A stretch of 64,000 nt of DNA from Octopus vulgaris (Eukaryota), in contig OX597822.1 of assembly GCA_951406725.2 (NCBI GenBank), forward strand, positions 32,240,001 through 32,304,000, written 5' to 3'. Below the pieces are notes generated by a model. It saw nothing but the letters and a program-made list of their open reading frames with translations, was not told the origin of the DNA and ran no database searches. Positions within the stretch are counted from its first letter, which is position 1. Each line of letters starts with the position of its first letter. Of this stretch, positions 54,581 through 64,000 are shown one piece after another. Position numbers and translations under genes: made by a program.

Positions 54581-56172
54581 ACGGTATTCTTTGTGAGTGT
54601 TTGTGGTTTTGTGGTTCTTATGTGCATGGAGATTTGTGATCAGTATATGATTGTTTGTACATAACACATGTAATTTTAGCATTAGCGATATTATAATGAT
54701 TTCAGAGACGACGCTGCATCAATAAACCTCTAGTATCCATGAGAGCTCACATGATGCAAATTCCTATATTTTATTTATATATCAAATGTTACATACACGC
54801 ATACACACACGTACAAAGGCAACTTATACTCTTTAAAATACGCACCGTCATAATTTGTATATAGACGAAAGGAATTACAATGACATTTTCATAACTTTCA
54901 TTCACATACATGCACGCACAAGCAAACACACAAACACACAAGCATACACATGTATATATCTATGTACATACACGCACATACAGAGTTTGAAAAATGCTAT
55001 AAATATCTGTGTGTTGATGTGTGTGGTCACATTTGTGTATACATATGAGCGCGCGTTTGTGAATAGGTTTTTAATGCACACTAACATATAGAAAGTAGTG
55101 CGGCAAAAATTATCGTAGAAAAAAATATAGACATGGACAATCCGCATAGGTTGGAATGGTGGAACATCTTTCGTCGCGGAAATACTAATCCTGATAATTT
55201 TTGTATGACAGCACGTGCGAAAAAAAAAAAAAACGTCGGGTTTTCAATGATTACATCACATAACAGGAGGTATGAGTTTCTGCGTTGCTTCACTTTATCA
55301 GACTCGGCTGTCGAGTTAATTGTTCACAGCCCTGTTCTAATTTATATGAACAGTTAACAGTTCGCACACTCCAGCCACTTTGAGGGAATACATTTACTGT
55401 ATTCCCATATGACCAACATTGACACCAATAGCAAATTTAATGTATAGTATTCTTAGTTACTTGTACTGTTGTCCTAGTAAGGGCTAATGCCTGCGAATTG
55501 GGTATTCGTGGCTGATAACACAGAATAACGCAGAAATACATGACACGCCGGATCTGAAGACATTAGCTACATCATTAAATTCTCATGCTTGTTGTCAGAG
55601 TTAAGAAATTTCTCTCGAGTTTTATTTCTGCTGTAAATAATCTACACAGTGAAGTGAATGCATGAAATATTGTAAATGCCTCTGTCCCCCCTCTCTCTCT
55701 CTCATTCTCTCTCTCTCTCTCTTTCTCTCTCACTCTCTCTCTTTATATATATATATATATATATGTATAAGGGTGAAAAGGAACACACGAGTTGATATAT
55801 ATGAAAAAACAAGTCAAAAATAGAAAATGCTAAAATAATTTTATAGTGAACATTTCAGTACCGGTTTCGGTCATTTTGAGACCTTTTCAACTGTAACGAT
55901 TAAATAATTAAATTTAGAAAAATTAGAAGAAAAGTTTTTTTAAATAATATTTCTATATTAGTGTTCAGATTTAAGTGGCATTCTGCCTTTCTCTGACTCC
56001 CTTGTTTGCACTTGTGTGTTGGAGGTCGTTGTGAGTTCTTGGTAGAGTAGTAGAGGAAGAAGGCTGGTGAGGAAAGGGGGTGGGAGAATCTGGAAGTGCC
56101 CTGATGGTCGTATTTTGAATGGTCAGTGGCGGCTGGCAGTCTCAGTTCAATTCAGGAGAATATTTATATTGA

Positions 56173-56430
56173 CAGTACATAGGCCAAACAAAAAATAATT
56201 TGCGTAAACGAATGGCCCTGCACAAATCCCAGATAAAAATTCCCCAAAACAGAAAAATAGCTTTTAGCCAACACATAGATACTTGCGCCAACAAAAAAAC
56301 ACCAAGCTTCAGGATTGTCCCGCTCTACCAATTTAGGGACGATACAACCTCGAGACAACGAATAAGTAAAGAAACTCTCTTTATTGCAAAATACAGGCCA
56401 CTTCTTAACGGGTCTACGACAAACAATTAA
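56173..56430 (+). pseudogene. GIY-YIG endonuclease C-terminal fragment of a PLE ORF
   Basis: QYIGQTKNNLRKRMALHKSQI...FSQHIDTC...RISKETLFIAKYRPLLN, with the YIG, R, H, E and N catalytic pattern. Confidence 0.85.
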
Positions 56431-56597
56431 TATACCTCAACTTTAGAATAAAAGAAATATTCACACACAAATATTACATTCCAAAGAATCCATTACTAAT
56501 CACAGCTAAAATCACAGCTATAATCCATAACATACAAACTTCAAGTCATACAACACCTCACCACTTTAACCCATTCATATTCTCCCTTCTCTGTTTT

Positions 56598-56910
56598 TTT
56601 CTTCTTCTTCCTCTTCTTCTTCATCATCATCATTATCATCATCATCGTCGTCATAATCATCACCACCATCACCATCATCGTCATCTTCTCCTTCTCCTTC
56701 TCCTTCTTCTTCTTCTTCTTCTTCTTCTTCTTCTTCTTCTTCATCATCATCGTCGTCATAATCATCACCACCATCACCATCATCGTCATCTTCTCCTTCT
56801 CCTTCTCCTTCTTCTTCTTCTTCTTCTTCATCATCATCATCATAATCAACATCGTCATCTTCTTCTTCTTCTTCTTCTTCTTCTTCTTCTTCTTCTTCTT
56901 CTTCTACTTC
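56598..56910. repeat. (TTC)n/(CAT)n compound microsatellite with an internal ~100-bp duplication
   Basis: catcgtcgtcataatcatcaccaccatcaccatcatcgtcatcttctccttctcc occurs twice. Confidence 0.9.
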
Positions 56911-57223
56911 TCAACACCTACGCAAATTCTATAAACAAGCCTGTCAATATAAATATTCTCCTGAATTGAACTGAGACTGCCAGCCGCCACTGACCATTCA
57001 AAATACGACCATCAGGGCACTTCCAGATTCTCCCACCCCTTTCCTCACCAGCCTTCTTCCTCTACTACCCTACCAAGAACTCACAACGACCTCCAACACA
57101 CAAGTGCAAACAAGGGAGTCAGAGAAAGGCAGAATGCCACTTAAATCTGAACACTAATATAGAAATATTATTTTAAAAAAAACTTTTCTTCTAATTTTTC
57201 TAAATTTAATTATTTAATCGTTA

Positions 57224-57261
57224 CAGTTGAAAAGGTCTCAAAATGACCGAAACCGGTACTG
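57224..57261 (+). ncRNA. Minimal hammerhead ribozyme, U3-A8 core variant (mirror copy at 55856-55893 on the minus strand)
   Basis: cag-TTGAAAA-ggtc-tcaaaat-gacc-GAAA-ccg-GTA-ctg. Confidence 0.75.
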
Positions 57262-57307
57262 AAATGTTCACTATAAAATTATTTTAGCATTTTCTATTTT
57301 TTTGACT

Positions 57308-57363
<56 letters not shown>

Positions 57364-59965
57364 GTACATGCAAGAGACCAAAAATGTGCGTACGTCGTTA
57401 TATGTATATATAAAAAACGCAAAGCAAAACAAAAATGAAACAGAAACGCAACAGGCGACAAAAAAGCATCAGGACAGCAAGACGATACAAAGAAGGACAG
57501 GTAAAAACAAGTAGGGGTCATTCGGAGCCTTCTACCGTCAGTCGAGTTCCAGATCATCCTTGCAGTTTCGGCCTTATATATGACCAAACAATACTAAAAT
57601 GCGACAGACGTTCAATAACCCACCTACTGGATCTAGCGAACATACACATCTAAATACGAGCAAAGGAGATGTAAACCGCAATGAAAAACACGAATTACGG
57701 CCAAATTGTAATAGCAGAAATGCTTATGCTTATGATATAGCTAACACGGTAACAACATCGGAAAATGGATTCGAGACTGCCTCTTATACAAATAAATATG
57801 ATACATGCTCATGCAGAGAAAAATAAAAATGCCCATTTATGAACCTCTGTACGAGTACAAATTTTGTATATAAATCTTCCGTGCACAGAAGAACAGGGCA
57901 GTATTTTTACATTGGGCAGACGGCTGATTGATTTAAGAATCGTTATCGTAACCATATCACCAGCTTTAAGAGAGAGTCGACATCTTTGACGAATTTTGTA
58001 TGGCGACTGAAGGAGGATAGAATTAAGTACAGCATAACTTGATCCATAATAAGGCACGCGAAGCATATAATATCATGTACCGGAGATGCCGAATCTGCTC
58101 CGAGGAACCCCTGTTTATTCTGTAGTATAATGAGAAAATCATTAATATAATTTCCAAAAGACTATGAAGATACCTACACGCATATAAATGTACTTTCACA
58201 CGATGCAATCGGAATGAATTTGAGTAACTGTTAACATAATTTACTTTAAGGTACTGATGAATTGAGTTTACGTTCGACCTCCCCATTATAATAAATATCA
58301 AGTAGCTATCTAACTCGCTCTGTGATCGTGAGTGCATTAAACCACGCGTCGCGGATGCTTGTATGAGCGCGTGTACACTTGCCATGCAGCTTGCGCGAGG
58401 GCATTTTACAAATATATTTGTTAACGGTTATTTTTAATACGTACTTTTCTCACTATCTTGCGTGTTCGTTCCTTTTTTTGTATCTGTGATTTTATTTTTG
58501 ACCTTCTATGTAAATGAAGATATTTCCTTCTTTTTGCTGCTTTCTTTCCATGAAATGAGAAGATAAATTGCAGAACTGTTATTTTAACTAGTTGTGTTTA
58601 TTTACCACTCGATGAGACACATATGCACCGCCGGATGCTTCTCTACCAGGTATTGAGTGCGCCACCCGCGAGGGATTGGTGCTAGATGTGTCGAGATAAT
58701 TGTCGTCATTAGTAATAAATTCTCGTATACTCCATCTTCCATCTTTCATTTACCAAATATTTGCATATATATTTATATACATATGTGTGTGTATGTGTGT
58801 TTGTGTGTCAGTGTGTTTAAGCGTACATATGAGCGTGTGCATGTGCATATATAAATATATATATATACGCGATGTAGAAATATGCATATAAATGTACATA
58901 GTTGATTAAATATGTCCTTGACAAACATGGTGCACTGGATGTCAATTAAGTGCTCTAGTATGAAATATGTTTGAAACCTTAAAAGATATTTAGAGATTCA
59001 TAAGAGCGATTATATATTAGAGAGGAAAATAGTGGAATAGTTATATATTAAAAATCATAAAGATAAAATTTTAACATTAGCAATATTGTATTAATAAATA
59101 AATATGGTACAGCTATGATCATTAAAATGTTTTAAAATGTTTAAAATTTGATACGATAATTTCGTGAATATACTTCCTGTTAATATGAAATAAAAGTCGA
59201 TAAGCATCGTTGGAAATCAGAGAATCGAGTCGAAAGGATGAATTTCGGTGGAGGAAATCGAATGAAGAGAATACTTTTGAAATCGAATGAGAAAAATGTT
59301 GTTTAGAAAATTCTAGATATTCATATATCTGTGTTGGTATAAATTTGAGCTAAAATTCTACAAAAGTAGAATAATTCCATGCTAAACATCCGTGGTAAAA
59401 AATTTTGGTGGCTGTATGGATAGAATTCCTATGATCCATTTCTTCTTCGTGGATAATCAATAAATGCGAGAGAATAAAAGTGGTTATTTATTGCTTTTAT
59501 TATTATTGAGAGAAAACCAGAAGATACCATTATTAATCTATATTTTTTCAAATGTAGATATCGTTGTGTATTGACTTGGTATAGAGTAAATTAGTGTTTT
59601 ATATTCAAAGGCAATGATTTATATATTAAAAGAGTATAGTTTCAAGTTCCAAGAGGATAAATTCTAAGTATTTATTTAATGGATAATCTATATCTTATAT
59701 GTATATATGTCAGTCATGATTAGCATTAATCAAAGGCTATACTAAGTGTGTCTAACTGCTGGAAATAACAAACAAAACTCCAGCAGGTAGGCATACTTAG
59801 TATGACCGTTGATTAATTTTAATCCTTCACCCATAAACGCCTATGATATTGATTGTGTTATTATCACATTTAAATTGTTACACCAGAAAATAATAGAGTC
59901 AATGATATCTTCGCAAAATATTTTCTCGTAAATTATTTTTTTCTTGTGAATTATTTGCTCCGTAT

Positions 59966-60019
<54 letters not shown>

Positions 60020-60023
<4 letters not shown>

Positions 60024-60215
60024 TTATTCTTTTATTTATTTCAGTCATTTGACTGCGGCCATGATGGAGCACTGCCTTTAGTCGAGTAAATCGATCCCAG
60101 GTTTTATTCTTTGTAAGCCTAGTACTTATCTCTCAGTATCATTGTCGGACCTCTAAGTTACGTGTACATAAACGCACCGGTATCGGTTGCCAAGCAAAGT
60201 TTGTTAAGAAACATA
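60020..60215 (-). mobile_element. SINE family A, 3' part
   Basis: ttcagtcatttgactgcggccatg...ttattctttgtaagcctagtactta. Confidence 0.85.
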
Positions 60216-60274
60216 CACACACGAACATATATACGTACATACATACATACATACATACATACATACATACATAC

Positions 60275-60305
<31 letters not shown>

Positions 60306-60360
60306 CATACATACATACATACATACATACATACACGCACACACACACACACACGCACAT

Positions 60361-60420
<60 letters not shown>

Positions 60421-61345
60421 CACATTTCTAGAGAAACAAAATACGAAAGCAGGTGTAGGAACAACTAGCAAGAGTATCAGTTTGACGCTCGTGAAAACTG
60501 AACAAGTACTTTACGTTGTGAGCCCACGCTCTTCCAGAGAAAGATGTATGAACTAATAAATAGAGTGGGAATGGAAAAAAAACGTAGAATTTAGCGGTCC
60601 AATACGTCGAATGATTGGAAAAATAAAGAGGTTGAATGAAATGGAGATAATAAGAAAGAGATGTTAAATGAAAGGGAGATAATTATGGGGGTAATCCCCG
60701 CAATCTAAGTTGAGCACGCGTGTGTGTCCATGAGAATGTTGTTTGTGATTGTGAAAATATGTATTTGGGAATGGGGCACAGGAGGTTGATGTGTGAGGGT
60801 GGGTGGAGTGCGTGCATAACGTGTTTGTCTATGTGTGAGTGTGTATGTGTATTGTGTGTAGCAGTTGATGTGTGCTTTTTCACGTGGTGTGTGCATATGT
60901 GTATGTGGTTGTAGGTGTTTCTGTGACCAAATAGTGTGTGTATGATGTGTGTGTGTATGGCGTATGTATGTGGGTGAAAGTTATATTCGTCTATGTGTTG
61001 CGTGTATTTATGCGCGTTCCGTGTATGTGTATATATAGTTTGTGTTCAGTTGTTATGTGACTGTGTGGATGTGTGCATGATGGTGTGTGGTGTGTGTACT
61101 GAGTTAAAAAGTGTGTCCGTATGCTCGTGTAGTGGTATGTGTGTGATGCTATTGAAGATTTGAATGGATGTGTGGATAATGGTGTGTAGTGTGGGTGTTT
61201 TCATGTGGTCAGTGCTAGTATATGTGGAGTGGAAGGTGTAGTTAGTGTGTGTGTAATGGTGTGTGACGAAAAATATTTCCGGACAATGGACATGAATTAA
61301 AATAAGAACAGTAATAGACGAGTGAAGAAAAATATATATGGTGCG

Positions 61346-61423
<78 letters not shown>

Positions 61424-61679
61424 TATACTTGTTTTATATACCTAAAGACGCGCGCACACAAATACCTGCTCTATCTCAACAAGTATCGGTGCTGTTGTCA
61501 TAGTAACGAAGCTAAAGGACGGAGGGTGAAGCTGCTTGGCACCGATTGACCTTGAACTCCGTTGTGCATGAGTACTAAGTGTCAACATTGTAGCTCACTT
61601 CCGGTGTCGACAGCAGCTCTTGGAATGAAGGTGTGTTGTGTGTGAACATCGCATTATTAAGCATCAAATTTTTCCAAAA

Positions 61680-62140
61680 GCTTGATGGCCAACATAAAGT
61701 TTTCAGAGTATTTTCATCGTTCTCAACACAATCAAGGAGATTTTGTGAAATTGAAACCCGAATGTCTTCTTGGCCAGCTGAAATTAGTTTTCGCAAAAAC
61801 TTGTCAGACACGCGTCTCATACACAAATCTTCAGTCATAATGGACAGAACTGAGCCGTAACTAATCTGCACATCCTCTGATAACACATGGATGGTGATTC
61901 GACGATTTTCCCTCACAGCTGCACGCACATCTGCATTATTCAGTTCTACTAGTGGCGAGTCTCCCAGAAGTTCGTCATTGTTGACATTTTTCGGCCATCT
62001 TGTAAACGTCTGAACCACTCGTACACTTGTGTGCGGCACATACACTCATTTCCATACAGTTTCTGTAAATTCATATTGGCCTTTAAGCAGTTATGACCAA
62101 GACAACTTCCTCTATCATAGACGGTGCAAAGATTACACGC
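61680..62140 (-). mobile_element. Mariner transposase N-terminal remnant
   Basis: KLYGNECMCRTQVYEWFRR..DGR and ENRRITI..LSEDVQISYGSV.SI.TEDL.MRRVS.KF..K HTH motifs, with a frameshift. Confidence 0.85.
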
Positions 62141-62460
62141 TGCAGACTTACCTTCCAAGCGGTGCTGTAAACAACAGAAGAGAGCTTGAACTTTAAAAAC
62201 TTAGTGCCCATGCAGAGCGGAGGTCAGGGTCAATTGTTGCCAAGCCGCTTTACAACACGTGCTTTAATTCGTTACTCTAGCAACATTTATATATACACAC
62301 ACATATGCACATACATAGATACCTATATACGTACACACGCAAATGTGTATATATATGTATCTGTATCTATCTATCTATCTACACATACACACGCATATTT
62401 ATATTTATATATATATATATATATAAACACGCACGCACACACACATATAGATATACACAG

Positions 62461-62690
62461 GGCTGCGAGCTGGCAGAAGTGTTACCACCCCGGCCGAAAT
62501 GCTTAGCGGTATTTCGTCTGCCTTTACGTTCTGGGTTCAAATTCCGACGAGGTCGACTTTGCCTTTCATCCTTTCGGAGTCGATGAATTACATACCAGTT
62601 ACGCCCTGGGGTCGATATAATCGACTTAATCCTTTGTCTGTCCTTGTTTATCACCTCTATGCTTAGCCCCTTGTGGGCAATAAAGAAATA
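62461..62690 (+). mobile_element. SINE family B
   Basis: Homologous to 15520-15753, tail gccccttgtgggcaataaagaaata. Confidence 0.9.
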
Positions 62691-62711
62691 ACATACTCAC
62701 ATATATGTATC

Positions 62712-62780
<69 letters not shown>

Positions 62781-63340
62781 GTAGACTCTTATGTAAAGAG
62801 AAATGCATATAAACCCATGGATTTACCTTTTTATAATTGTGCACCCATTTTTGCACAGCTTCATGTACATGAATATATAATCGTCAACATATGTGGGTAC
62901 AGGTGCTAATGAACGAAGTTTATATAGATAGATATCGTGCTACACATATATATTTGCATAAGTATCTGTGAGCATAAACATTCATACAAATTATACAAGT
63001 ATCCATTTTCATTCCTCTTTGCAAATAAGTGATGTTCCTTGTATGTGATTCTTGTGAAGACTTCGAAAGAAATTTGTACGTATATTCCTACGTGTGTTAA
63101 TATGTATATATCTATAAAATGCATTTTCTTTCCAAGCAGTTAATTAAAATGCAGTCAATTCGCTTTTAGATAACACGAGGCTTCATGCTGGAGGCATCTT
63201 AAACTATACCAGATAATGAGACCTCAGAAATACACTTAGTTTAGTATAATCCATTTCCAGAAATAGAGGATATACACAAGTATTTATACACACAGGCATT
63301 AGCGTACATGTATGTATATACATGTACACCACACATACAT

Positions 63341-63402
<62 letters not shown>

Positions 63403-63486
63403 ATTCCTATGTATGGACACACATACACACCTATATATATATAGGTGTGTGTGTGTGTGTGTGCACACATACATGACACACACATG

Positions 63487-63523
<37 letters not shown>

Positions 63524-63877
63524 GCATGTATACACACACACATATATATATACACACACATATATATAAATATATACATATATATAGGCATAAGTATATA
63601 TTTACAGCAATGTGTGTGTACTATATGCATGTGTGTGCGAGAATTGTTTGTGTGTGTTTGTTTGCGTGTTTGTCAGTGAGCAAATGTCGGTATGTACGTA
63701 CAATCACATTTATTCATATATTTTCAACAAAATTGATGCACAATACGAATGCAGAAACTCTTTATTCAATCCCTGGTAGTATTTGGAACGAGATGTATGT
63801 GATGAGTGGCTATCGTTCTTCATGGAACGTTTTCGTGAAGTCTCTTATACATCTTTGCCCGCCCCATTTTTCATGCA

Positions 63878-63956
<79 letters not shown>

Positions 63957-64000
63957 CTATCTATATATCTATCTATCTATCTATCTATCTAGACACGCGC

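Larger units (their letters stand above)
55769..57313 (+). mobile_element. 5'-truncated Penelope-like element with inverted terminal copy
   Basis: Arms 55806-56175 and 56941-57313 are near-identical inverted repeats enclosing a GIY-YIG C-terminus. (TA)n lies on both flanks. Confidence 0.88.

Noticed and set aside
56541-56858. Poly-K/M ORF
   Set aside because: It is a translation of the trinucleotide repeats in the PLE 3' region.

Overview
AT-rich, microsatellite-dense animal genomic DNA. The repeat families resemble, from recall, those of octopus/cephalopod genomes; this is inference, not a search result. No host protein-coding gene can be identified with confidence, only a weak three-exon candidate at 2.6-3.6 kb. 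Almost all ORF-track entries are microsatellite or SINE artefacts. The window is a mosaic of three tRNA-derived SINE families, decayed LINEs (CR1-like, RTE, Tx1-like), Tc1/mariner and Helitron remnants, two 5S rRNA copies in a palindrome, and many Penelope-like (PLE) pieces. Most notable: (1) a recurrent class of (TA)n-embedded fold-back elements carrying minimal hammerhead-ribozyme motifs, one with a U3-A8 compensatory core next to a GIY-YIG fragment, and one arranged as a palindrome of palindromes; (2) a 2-kb ORF1-only (HAL1-like) zinc-knuckle retroelement inserted with a 17-bp TSD into a SINE tRNA head, sharing a 3' hairpin tail with a Tx1-like LINE and a SINE family.
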